DNA of 45,782 nucleotides, taken from the NCBI GenBank assembly GCA_036491775.1, contig DASXBH010000314.1:1-45782 (forward strand), in the 5' to 3' direction. The position numbers and the translations under genes are program-made. Numbering within the stretch: the stretch's first letter is position 1; every line of letters starts with the position of its first letter. Shown one piece after another: positions 29,501-37,385 of the stretch. Source of the DNA: Candidatus Acidiferrum sp. (GTDB taxonomy: Bacteria; Acidobacteriota; Terriglobia; Acidiferrales; UBA7541). The notes under the pieces were generated by a model, which had not been told where the DNA came from, ran no database searches, and saw nothing but the letters and a program-made list of their open reading frames with translations.

Positions 29501-30327
29501 ATCTTGTCGTTGCGCAGGAACTCGAACAGATCACCATGGAAGCCGTTGGTGCCCGACTTGGTGATCGCATTCATCACCGCGCCGCTGAACTTTCCGTATT
29601 CCGCGTCGAAGCTGTTAGTAATCAGGCGAAATTCCTCGACTGAATCAAGATTCGGGACCAGGCCGGCGCCCAGGTTTCGTCCCTCGCTGACGTCGCCCCC
29701 GTTCACCAGAAACGCGTTGGCTGTCTCGCGCTGGCCATTCACTGAGACATTGCCAGCGTTATCAATGTAACCGGAGACCGGCCTTGCGCCCGTTCCGGAT
29801 GTGCCACCGATCGTCACGGACCCGCCCGGCGCCACCCCCGCCTGCAAGCCCAGCAGGTCAAGGTAGCTGCGGCCATTCAGCGGCAGAGCGAGCATCTTCT
29901 TCGAATCGATAACGTCCCCTAATTGCGTACTCTCGGTTTCTACGCGTTCCACGTCCGCAGCAACGTCGACATGCTCCGCTACCGCGCCGACATCCAGCCT
30001 GATGTCAAGGTGGAGTTGATCGTTCACCTGCACCGTGATGTCCGTCCCCGTGTAGGCTCGGAAACCAGGAGCAGTTGCGGTGACCTTGTAGCTCCCGGCA
30101 GGCAAGGCCAGGAAGTGGAAGGAGCCATCGGCAGCCGAAGTGACTTGCTGGCTGAGATTGGTTTGTATATTAATGATACTGACCTTAGCGCCAACTACGA
30201 CCGCTTGTGCACGATCATGGACCACGCCCGCGACCGAGCCGGTCACATCCGCGAGCAGAATGCCCGGAGCCAAAAACAATGTCACGATGAGGAAAATCGG
30301 AGCGAAGAACCTTTGACCGTTTCTCAT
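26596..30327 (-). CDS. TonB-dependent receptor 2 (Oar-like)
   Basis: LPLNGRSYLDLL, VNGQRE..NAFLVNG, TKSGTNGFHG..EFLRND, LNLGLRWE, FGPRLGLAY and terminal PRIGQVSAKFIW. GGAG spacing favours ATG 30327 over 30333. Confidence 0.92.
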   Translation of the reverse strand: MRNGQRFFAPIFLIVTLFLAPGILLADVTGSVAGVVHDRAQAVVVGAKVSIINIQTNLSQQVTSAADGSFHFLALPAGSYKVTATAPGFRAYTGTDITVQVNDQLHLDIRLDVGAVAEHVDVAADVERVETESTQLGDVIDSKKMLALPLNGRSYLDLLGLQAGVAPGGSVTIGGTSGTGARPVSGYIDNAGNVSVNGQRETANAFLVNGGDVSEGRNLGAGLVPNLDSVEEFRLITNSFDAEYGKFSGAVMNAITKSGTNGFHGDLFEFLRNDKMDARNFFTTQKSELRRNQFGGVAGGPFWKDKLFWFTDYQGTRQVQGAETGIVNLPPAAQFQGNFGPGVLTGTVDGGPGGSGSCPPGVQPCTDWPTRLSQRLGYAVTSGEPYWTAGCNTPQDALNGVCVFPGGQIPQNAWSPAAIGTIKYIPQPNIDPVLGTYSDNSQRNTVTDNKIGERIDFNNRKTGNWSFYYHFDDSTVLSALPQGGATVPGFPSQTPTRAQEFVISNTKVIGPTAVNEARATFFRTATHLNNPTGGKASLSSLGFVTGAGTLGIIPDATPGYPEYVPQLYFNNFGIGAPSLITFQPNNTYTVSDGFSKVVGRHTLKFGGEFRYLQVNERNLASQDGAFVFDGTVTGVDFADYLLGAPTGAGGGYTQAALQLLDSRTRYGGAYAQDTWKATPNLTLNLGLRWEVSMPWYDTQGKIQTWVPGKQSVVFPGSPTGLVFPGDPGIPKTLAPTRYNNFGPRLGLAYSPSFSDGVLGKVFGGPGKTSIRAAFGMYYTSVEDLNLFYEVADAPFGLYWTSPGSVLFEEPFRNRGNGGTDNGGGQRFPFTVPIPGSPANKTLSFAVYEPMSYFPGYDIHNRLPYAEHFNFSIQRELTRSTVLTLAYVGTEGHRLITQQEANPGNAAFCMQMTAQGYSDVSSGAPGCGPNAEQDTFQLGNGPLVYSTRNTLLNPNYCPEANSLCFGYGNTFTHLTANSIYNAGQVTVERKAGDVTLLAAYTLAKGLDNSSGFNDLVNFANPKLSRGLSSTDVHHNFVVSYVWAIPFDRAFGRLPKRLTKGWQVQGITRFATGFPIQMGQGNPIDPSQPNATQLCPGLALATPEPCVGDSSLAGSPSTDMPNLVGPIHKRNPRNTPGTFTYFDQSAFVATNCFFTGTTPSPDCGTFGTANRRFFHGPGFNNTDFGIQKIIPVTEGKSFEIRAEFFNIFNHAQFTNPSGDISSSSFGNVTNARDPRIGQVSAKFIW

Positions 30328-30516
30328 CACCATCTCCAGGGGCGGCGGTCTCCCTCGACATGCCTGCCCAATGACCCTGCTTTTGGTATTCCCCTTCTAC
30401 AGACCCGCCACTACTTGACTCATGACTCCATACCCGGTTAATCGCGGCATTCAGATTGCTTCCATTCCCGGCACTGTTCTGGGAACATCCCCGAGCTTGA
30501 CGCGAAAGTGTCCCAT

Positions 30517-30545
30517 AAATTACTCAGAAGCATGCGGACAGTCAA
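30517..30545 (-). promoter_or_regulatory. Sigma70-type promoter of TonB receptor 2 (TTGACT-N17-TAATTT)
   Basis: On the minus strand, -35 at 30545-30540, a 17-bp spacer, and -10 at 30522-30517. Confidence 0.55.
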
Positions 30546-30565
30546 GATGAAATGTATTTTCATCT
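30545..30565. promoter_or_regulatory. Palindromic operator AGATGAAA-N5-TTTCATCT (IclR/KdgR-like)
   Basis: Perfect 8-bp inverted repeat abutting the -35 box. A similar site lies upstream of the iclR gene. Confidence 0.6.
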
Positions 30566-30624
30566 GGTGATATTTCCTAAACGATGGCGGCGGTAAGAAA
30601 AAATTTCTAATTGTGTCGCGAACT

Positions 30625-31878
30625 TCAACGCTTCGGGCGACTCCGGACGGCAATGAGTGAGACCTGTTCCAATCCGGGGAATTGATCGTCCTTATCCGGC
30701 TTGCGCTCGGTGGGTGCGATTTGCTGGACCACGCTTCGCGCCGGTGGCGACCCGAAATATTGACCGTACACCTCATCGAAAACATTGAGGTCTGACAGAT
30801 CGTCGAGATAAACATTTGTGGCCACAACCTGATTGAAGGTCATTTCCGCTTCTTCAAGGTTGTCCAGTTGATTACGCATGGTCTGGCGAAGTTGGTGCTG
30901 TGTGCTGGTCGCGTACACGCCGCCGTGCGGTCCGGGAATAAAGCCGTCTTTCGCTGAGCAATACAGAGTGTCACCAGCAAAAACACATGGACTCGCGGTG
31001 GGACTGGGCGGCATGTTTTTCGGACGCACGGCTTTGCGCCGCGTGATATCTCGCACAGCAACGCCGGTGTACTCGATGTGTGCGCCACCCGGAAGACTCG
31101 ACACTTCGATTGTGGCCCGAGCTGGAGTGTTCCCGAACTCAAACCGCCGGGCATAGTGCTCATTCATAACGCGCATCGGAACATCCGGCGTCAGATATGG
31201 GTTTACGAAAACCATATTGCGGAGTTCGAGGCCCGCCGCCTTGGCGACCGCCTCGACTCGGTCGAGCGCCAGATCTACTTGTGCTGCCGTATCATCCGGA
31301 ACTTTGCCGCTGACAGGATCGCTGCCGGGCATGCTTGAGACGAAAAGCCTGTCATGAGTAAGCATCCCGGGCGGTGCCGGATCGTTCGATTTGTAATTCG
31401 CCGGATAGACGGCCTTCTTATCTGCCAAACTGCGAACTGCAACAGCGCTGATCTGAATGGGAGACGCGGGAAGTCGAGAAACTCCCAACACGGCACGTGC
31501 CGGCGGGGTCTTCCCAAAATACTCAGAGAACACCTGATTCATTTCGTCACATTTGCTGATGTCTTCCAGATACACCTGTGTGTAGACCACATGCTCAATG
31601 GTCAATCGTGCAGATTCGACGACCGCTTTCACGTTATCCAGTGCCTGTCTCGCTTGTTCCTTAAACGTCGGCGGTAAACTTCCGTCCGGGCGACGAGGCC
31701 CCTGCCCGGAAATGTAGAGGTAGTCTCCGGCGTCCACACCAGGTGAGTAGACACGATTCTCTGGAGCAGCGGATTGTCCCAGAACGACGGGGGACAGATG
31801 CTGTTGCGCCGTGAGCGTCGACGAAAGCAAAACAGCCACCGCTAACAGTCGCAAAGGATTCGGATGAATTCTTCTCAA
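30625..31878 (-). CDS. Secreted Rid (RidA/YjgF) family protein with three tandem domains
   Basis: Signal peptide, then three units each with a G/H-D-x-L-[YF]-x-S start and a PAR motif (PPARAV, TPARAT, PPARSV). Confidence 0.85.
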   Translation of the reverse strand: MRRIHPNPLRLLAVAVLLSSTLTAQQHLSPVVLGQSAAPENRVYSPGVDAGDYLYISGQGPRRPDGSLPPTFKEQARQALDNVKAVVESARLTIEHVVYTQVYLEDISKCDEMNQVFSEYFGKTPPARAVLGVSRLPASPIQISAVAVRSLADKKAVYPANYKSNDPAPPGMLTHDRLFVSSMPGSDPVSGKVPDDTAAQVDLALDRVEAVAKAAGLELRNMVFVNPYLTPDVPMRVMNEHYARRFEFGNTPARATIEVSSLPGGAHIEYTGVAVRDITRRKAVRPKNMPPSPTASPCVFAGDTLYCSAKDGFIPGPHGGVYATSTQHQLRQTMRNQLDNLEEAEMTFNQVVATNVYLDDLSDLNVFDEVYGQYFGSPPARSVVQQIAPTERKPDKDDQFPGLEQVSLIAVRSRPKR

Positions 31879-31892
31879 GACACCCTCGCGTC

Positions 31893-33176
31893 TCAGGCTG
31901 CCGCCTTCTTCTGCGCAGCGCCCAGAATGGCCCTTAGCCTCTGCCCAACTATGATTTCCTCCCCTGGCTTGATAGTCATTGAGACCAACTCGATGTGGTC
32001 GGGGCCTTTGGGCTCTTTGTGGTTAGGATTTCCCTCGCGGACGGCTCTGACCAAGCTGGGATTATCCGCCCCAAGAACTTCGATGACTGGATCGCCGGCC
32101 CGCAACTCGCGTACGCAATCGGAAATACTGAAGCCCCAGGCCTGCTGATCCCAAGAAATCTTCAGCGTCGGATAACGATTTCCATCATCGGGAGTGTAGG
32201 TATCGGTCTTGACGGCGGGAACGGTCTCCACCAGCTTTCGAATGCGATCGATGCGGCCATTCCATTCGGCGTAAAGCTTCTTCTCGTCCAGCTTCAGCCA
32301 CGTCTCGAGCGCCGTCAAACACCCGATGATTTCCTCTTTCCCAACTTTCATCGGGCGGCACACGGCGCCCTCCCTTGGACTGCAATTGAGCAGCGCGGCT
32401 TCGATCAGGTCCTTGCGTCCCAAGAGCAAGCCGCTGCACTGCGGACCGGAGAGTCCTTTTCCACCCGAAAAGCAGTAGAGGTCGAGGCCCATGCGGGCGT
32501 AAAGCTTGGCGTTGTCGGCCGGGGGAATTCCGGCAGCATCGTCCAGCAACATAGGAATCTTGTGGTCTTTCGCAATAGAGTGTTCCTTTTGAAGTTTGTC
32601 GCCGAGATCGGTGGTGTAGATCATCGCGGTTTTATCGTTGATGGCGTTGGCGAGCTCTTCCGGCGAATACGTCAGAACCAACTTGGCGCCGGTGAGTCGG
32701 ATGGCGCTGTCGAAGGCGCTCCGGCCGCCGACCATGATCACTTCATGTTTTAGGCCGGTTGTGTCCGGAAGCTGCCAGATGTACTTGTCATCGGTCCCGG
32801 CCATGCATCCGGCGGTTGCAGCCGCCATGGCGCCCGCAGCCCCGGAAGTGACGATGCCGGATTCGGCACCCGTCAGCTCTGCCAACCGCTTGCCGACGGC
32901 ACGCTGCAGTTCGAGCATGTTGACGAAATGCTGCGCTGCCTCCACCTGCGCTTGACGAACTTCGGGAAACTCCAGTGACCCGCTGAGATAGGTCCAGGTG
33001 CCGCGGCAATTGATGACTGTCTTCACCCCAAGGCGCGTATACACATTCTCCCGCGGATCCCTGCCGACGGCGGAAGCAGCTTGTGCGTACAGGTCGCGCG
33101 CAGTAATCTGGCCAAGCAGGGGAGCGGCCGCCACTAGTTTTACGAATGATCGCCGGCTGGAATTCCGGATCTGCAT
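31893..33176 (-). CDS. SelA-like/DgaE-like PLP-dependent enzyme, paralog 2, Tat signal
   Basis: INCRGTWT, VTSGAAGAM, DDAAG, FSGGKGLSGPQ and RPMKVGKEEI. ATG 33176 follows AGGAGG, giving SSRRSFVK. Confidence 0.85.
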   Translation of the reverse strand: MQIRNSSRRSFVKLVAAAPLLGQITARDLYAQAASAVGRDPRENVYTRLGVKTVINCRGTWTYLSGSLEFPEVRQAQVEAAQHFVNMLELQRAVGKRLAELTGAESGIVTSGAAGAMAAATAGCMAGTDDKYIWQLPDTTGLKHEVIMVGGRSAFDSAIRLTGAKLVLTYSPEELANAINDKTAMIYTTDLGDKLQKEHSIAKDHKIPMLLDDAAGIPPADNAKLYARMGLDLYCFSGGKGLSGPQCSGLLLGRKDLIEAALLNCSPREGAVCRPMKVGKEEIIGCLTALETWLKLDEKKLYAEWNGRIDRIRKLVETVPAVKTDTYTPDDGNRYPTLKISWDQQAWGFSISDCVRELRAGDPVIEVLGADNPSLVRAVREGNPNHKEPKGPDHIELVSMTIKPGEEIIVGQRLRAILGAAQKKAAA

Positions 33177-33256
33177 CAATGCCTCCTGACGAAAAAGTTT
33201 CAGTTGTGCCAACTTCGATCAATCTTGGTGAGTAGCTAGGGTGAAACGGGGAGGAT

Positions 33257-34147
33257 CTAATCTTCCTCACCGCTCAACGGAATCCGCGATCGTACGGCGA
33301 GGATGTAGGCCTTGGCTCCCGGCTTGTTCTGGTTGTAGAACCCCACCGTACAGTTTGGGCGGAAGTAGTAAGCATCTCCGGCTTTGGCCGGATAGCGGCC
33401 TTCAACTCCATCGATTCCGCTTCCTGCGACCATTTCACCCTGACCCTCAACCACTAGATAGATTTCTTCCGCGGTTTCGTGGTGATGCGGCAAGTTTGTA
33501 CACCCGGGCTCGAAGTTCATCCAGAAAAAGCTGGTCACTACGTACGCCTCATCGATCGCGTCACGCTTCCCGCCGCGTGGACCGACCAGCAGTTTGTAGA
33601 GGACTGAAGTTGGGTGACCTTCGACAGTTTCCTCTTTCACGTCGTTCAGATTGATGATTCTGGGATGTTGAGAGGATGCGCTAAGCGCGCTGCGGGACGG
33701 AATCTTGAAGCCCATAACCAGGACTCGCAAGCCCTGACTGGAATTGTTGGCGATCGAATGCTTGACACCGGGAGCCAGGTACACGAAATCGTTCGCACGC
33801 AGGGGATGCGTCTCGTCGCCATATTGCAGAGTGCCCGTGCCCTGCAGAACAAAATCAATCTCTTCTTCACGGTCGTACAGAACATCTTGACACTTGCCCT
33901 GAGCGTCAACCGAAACTTCCGCGAAACGAGACACACTTCGCAGGATTCGATTGTCCGCATCACCTGCTCCGAAGATTGGCTTGTAGTGGCAGGTTCCCGA
34001 GGATAGATCGGTTTTCGTCTCGCCCAGACTCGGCAGATATCGATGCAGCCAAGTGGCGTCGACATTCCGATCTTGGGCCGCGAGATCCGAGACCAGTAGC
34101 AGGAGCAGCAAGATCCTGCAGTTCTTTCCCCTGAGAGGTATGCTCAC
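33257..34147 (-). CDS. Secreted bicupin (two cupin domains) protein
   Basis: Domain 1 has EEEIDFVLQGTG..LAPGVKHSIAN and domain 2 has HHHETAEEIYLVVEGQG..AGDAYYFRP. Hydrophobic signal LLLLLLVSDLAA-Q. Start reassigned to GTG 34147 (uncertain). Confidence 0.72.
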   Translation of the reverse strand: MSIPLRGKNCRILLLLLLVSDLAAQDRNVDATWLHRYLPSLGETKTDLSSGTCHYKPIFGAGDADNRILRSVSRFAEVSVDAQGKCQDVLYDREEEIDFVLQGTGTLQYGDETHPLRANDFVYLAPGVKHSIANNSSQGLRVLVMGFKIPSRSALSASSQHPRIINLNDVKEETVEGHPTSVLYKLLVGPRGGKRDAIDEAYVVTSFFWMNFEPGCTNLPHHHETAEEIYLVVEGQGEMVAGSGIDGVEGRYPAKAGDAYYFRPNCTVGFYNQNKPGAKAYILAVRSRIPLSGEED

Positions 34148-34311
34148 AATTTCTGTCCGCTTGCGAACGCTGGTATACCACAGAATCTGCTTGACGCAAA
34201 TCGGAATCTTTCGTTTTATTAGGATTCGTTTTGTTTGCAATCGAGGTTTTGCGAGGAAGTTCTGCGTGCTACTCTCAACCGCGCAGCCGTTGTCCCCATG
34301 GAAGAGCGATC

Positions 34312-35733
34312 ATGACACTTCATGCTATGCGCTTGGATCGACTGCGAATCGTCTGGGTGGGATTTGTTGTACTCGCCATCGTGGCGACGTTGAGCTTCTC
34401 CCCGGCATTCGCTCAATCAAATCCGCCGAAAAGTACAGTCTGCCGCGTCGACGCGGTCGAATATAAGGGCTGGCATGCGCAGCAACTCTCGAACCAATGG
34501 CTCCAGTTGATTGTCGTGCCGCAGAACGGTGGCCGGCTGATGCAAGTGATCTTTGCCGGACACCCTTACCTGTTCGTAAATCCTAAATTCGCTGGCCAGT
34601 ACTTCCCCCCGAGTTCCAGTCAGTGGTTCAATTACGGCGGCGACAAGCTCTGGCTTTTGCCCGAGGGAAACAACGATGAACAACATTGGGCTGGCGACTC
34701 TGACTTGTTAGACGATGGGCCGTTCACCTTTCGAAAGCTTTCGGAAGGGCAGAGTTGTGAGATCGAATTGACGGGGCCCTCTGACCCGCAGACTGGCATT
34801 CAATTCATCCGGACCATTCAATTGGGTGCGGATTCGCCGCGCATCCGATTTCATGCGTCCATGAAGAACATCACCGGCCACACACTGGAATGGTCAATGC
34901 AGTCGGTCTCGCAATACGACACTTCGGTTTCCGGCACACGGGGCGCGGAACACGCCGCGCAGATGAATCCTGATTTCTGGACCTTCACTCCGGCGAACCG
35001 ATCCAGCAGTTATCTCAACCGCTACCACGTTCGCTTCGGTCCGGCGGAAAATCCGGCAGTTTCGGTAAGGGACGATAATCTTTTCGCCGTACACTACGTT
35101 CACATGGCTGCTGAGTTGTGGCTCGATTCGACAGAAGGTTGGCTGGCGGTCGTCGACGGAAATACGCAGTATGCCATGGTCGAGCGCTTTCAATATGACG
35201 TGAGCAAACCTTACCCTGGCAAGGCTTCCGTCATTTTCTGGACGAACGGTCCGGAAATTAGACTTAAGAGTGATGGCAATCCATCGCTTAGCTCTGACCC
35301 GGATGCGAGTCCTTACTATCTCGAAGCCGAGATCAATAGTCCTATGTGCCGCTTGCGTCCGAATGAGAGCTGTAGCTTTGAGACAGAGTGGTTTCCTACG
35401 CGATCAGGAAGTGAATTCCATGGCGTGACAGACGCTGGAATTGTGATACGCCCATTGCTGGCGACAGGCGTGGAAAATGGCAAGATTAAGTTGTCCGGCT
35501 CATTCGGAGTTTTCTATTCCGGGCGTGTGATCGCCCGCCTTTACGATGAGCACGGACGCAGTGTCGGGACTGCGCCGGTTGTCGAGGTAGATCCAAGCAA
35601 GGCGGTTTCACTGGACACGGAGATTAGTCCCGCAACAAAAGCCGCACGCCTCTCGATCCACCTCGTAGACGAAAGCGGAACCGACCGTGGAGCCCTTCAG
35701 GAAGTTCAAGTGGGCAACCAAGTCAATCACTGA
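34312..35733 (+). CDS. Secreted DUF4380-like (galactose-mutarotase-like fold) protein
   Basis: LIVVPQNGGRLMQ, WFNYGGDKLW and YLEAEINSP. Signal peptide ends PAFA-Q. Start reassigned to ATG 34312. Confidence 0.6.
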   Translation: MTLHAMRLDRLRIVWVGFVVLAIVATLSFSPAFAQSNPPKSTVCRVDAVEYKGWHAQQLSNQWLQLIVVPQNGGRLMQVIFAGHPYLFVNPKFAGQYFPPSSSQWFNYGGDKLWLLPEGNNDEQHWAGDSDLLDDGPFTFRKLSEGQSCEIELTGPSDPQTGIQFIRTIQLGADSPRIRFHASMKNITGHTLEWSMQSVSQYDTSVSGTRGAEHAAQMNPDFWTFTPANRSSSYLNRYHVRFGPAENPAVSVRDDNLFAVHYVHMAAELWLDSTEGWLAVVDGNTQYAMVERFQYDVSKPYPGKASVIFWTNGPEIRLKSDGNPSLSSDPDASPYYLEAEINSPMCRLRPNESCSFETEWFPTRSGSEFHGVTDAGIVIRPLLATGVENGKIKLSGSFGVFYSGRVIARLYDEHGRSVGTAPVVEVDPSKAVSLDTEISPATKAARLSIHLVDESGTDRGALQEVQVGNQVNH

Positions 35734-35734
35734 T

Positions 35735-37366
35735 ATGAAACGGAACGCTGCAATCACTCTCTTCCTGCTCGTCGCATGTACGCAATCGCTCATTGCACAA
35801 GAATTACGGACCTCGGGGCCTTTGGCACCACGAGTGAAGGCAGAAGACTTGCTGACAACTCCCGTGAGCGAGAACTGGCCCTCTTATAACGGAGACTACA
35901 CCGGACGCCGCTTTAGTAGCCTGCGCGAAATTAACAAGGCGAACGTTCGCCAAATGCGCGCGGCCTGGGTTTTTCACCCGGGCAATTCGCAAAGGCTGGA
36001 GGCCACTCCAGTGGTGATTCGCGGCGTCATGTACGTGACTTCCGCGAACGATGTATTCGCGCTGGATGCCCGAACCGGACGGACTCTGTGGCATTACAGT
36101 CGTCCCGTAAGTTCGGGATTGCTGGACGATGCGGCAGCCCACAAAAACCGCGGCGTGGCCGTCTGGGACAATTTTGTCTACTCCGAAACCGACGATGCCC
36201 ATTTGCTCTGCCTCGATGCCCGCTCGGGAAATCTGATATGGGATGTCCAATACGCGGACAAGGTGAAGCACTATGGCGCGACCAGCGCTCCGCTTGTCAT
36301 CAAAGATGAAATAGTCGTCGGCACGTCTGGTGGGGATTCAGGAGTGCGGGGGTTCCTGGCTGCCTACGATGCGGCCACCGGGAAACTGAGGTGGCATTTA
36401 TGGACCATCCCGGGCCCTGGGGAATTCGGTTCTGACAGTTGGCCGGGAGATTCGTATTTGCACGGTGGTGGCACCACCTGGATGCCCGGTACTTACGACC
36501 CGGAACTCGATACGCTGTATTGGACCACCAGCAACGCCGCGCCCGATTTCGTCGGGGATTCGCGGCCCGGGGATGACCTTTACACCGCCTGCGTCCTGGC
36601 AATCGACGCCAACACGGGAAAATTGAAATGGTACTTCCAGTTCACACCCCACGACCTATACGACTACGATGCCAATGAAACTCCGGTGTTGGTCGATGCA
36701 GATGAGAATGGCACGACGCGTCACCTGTTGGTACAAGCCGACCGAAACGGTTTTTTCTATGTCCTCGATCGCACGAGCGGTAAGTTTCTGCGGTCTACCC
36801 CCTTCGTAAAAAAATTGAACTGGGCTACAGGAATCGATGCCTCCGGTCGTCCCGTTTTATCGGACCGGATACCGACGAAGGAAGGCATCTATATTTGTCC
36901 CGGCGTCGTTGGTGCCACGAATTGGTTTTCGCCATCGTACAATCCCAACTCCGGATTGTTTTACGTGATGGCTCTGGAGAGCTGCAGCCTTTATTTCGCG
37001 AAGTCGACGCCGTTCACTCCGGGCGAGACCTACTACGGCACTGGAACTAAATTTCCCAGCGGTGAACGTTCACAGAAAATCTTGTTGGCACTCTCTGTTT
37101 CCGACGGGAAAGAGGTTTGGCGATATCCTCAGGCCGGCCGGGGCAATTCGTGGGGAGGAACTCTCACAACAGCAGGTGGACTGCTGTTTTTTGCAGATGA
37201 TACCGATTCCTTCGAAGCGGTGGACGCGGAAACGGGCAATCCCCTCTGGCATTTCAATACGGGCCAATCATTCAGTGCGTCCCCAATGACTTATGCGGTG
37301 GACGGGGTGCAGTATGTCGTGATTAGCGCCGGGAGCGACGTGTTCAGCTTCGCGCTTCCACACTGA
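35735..37366 (+). CDS. Secreted PQQ-dependent dehydrogenase-family protein (acidobacterial quinoprotein type)
   Basis: WPSYNGDY..RFSSL..IN, EATPVV..GVMY, GATSAPL, GVRGFLAAYDA, GGTTW..YDPE, WYFQFTPHDLYDYD, CPG..GATNW..SY and ASPMTYAVDGVQYV. ATG 35735 directly follows the upstream stop. Confidence 0.88.
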   Translation: MKRNAAITLFLLVACTQSLIAQELRTSGPLAPRVKAEDLLTTPVSENWPSYNGDYTGRRFSSLREINKANVRQMRAAWVFHPGNSQRLEATPVVIRGVMYVTSANDVFALDARTGRTLWHYSRPVSSGLLDDAAAHKNRGVAVWDNFVYSETDDAHLLCLDARSGNLIWDVQYADKVKHYGATSAPLVIKDEIVVGTSGGDSGVRGFLAAYDAATGKLRWHLWTIPGPGEFGSDSWPGDSYLHGGGTTWMPGTYDPELDTLYWTTSNAAPDFVGDSRPGDDLYTACVLAIDANTGKLKWYFQFTPHDLYDYDANETPVLVDADENGTTRHLLVQADRNGFFYVLDRTSGKFLRSTPFVKKLNWATGIDASGRPVLSDRIPTKEGIYICPGVVGATNWFSPSYNPNSGLFYVMALESCSLYFAKSTPFTPGETYYGTGTKFPSGERSQKILLALSVSDGKEVWRYPQAGRGNSWGGTLTTAGGLLFFADDTDSFEAVDAETGNPLWHFNTGQSFSASPMTYAVDGVQYVVISAGSDVFSFALPH

Positions 37367-37385
37367 TGAGTCTCGTCTCTACTCT

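Noticed and set aside
35735-37366. Methanol/ethanol dehydrogenase (xoxF, mxaF, exaA)
   Set aside because: It lacks the vicinal Cys-Cys and any methylotrophy accessory genes. The adjacent lactonase points to an aldose substrate.
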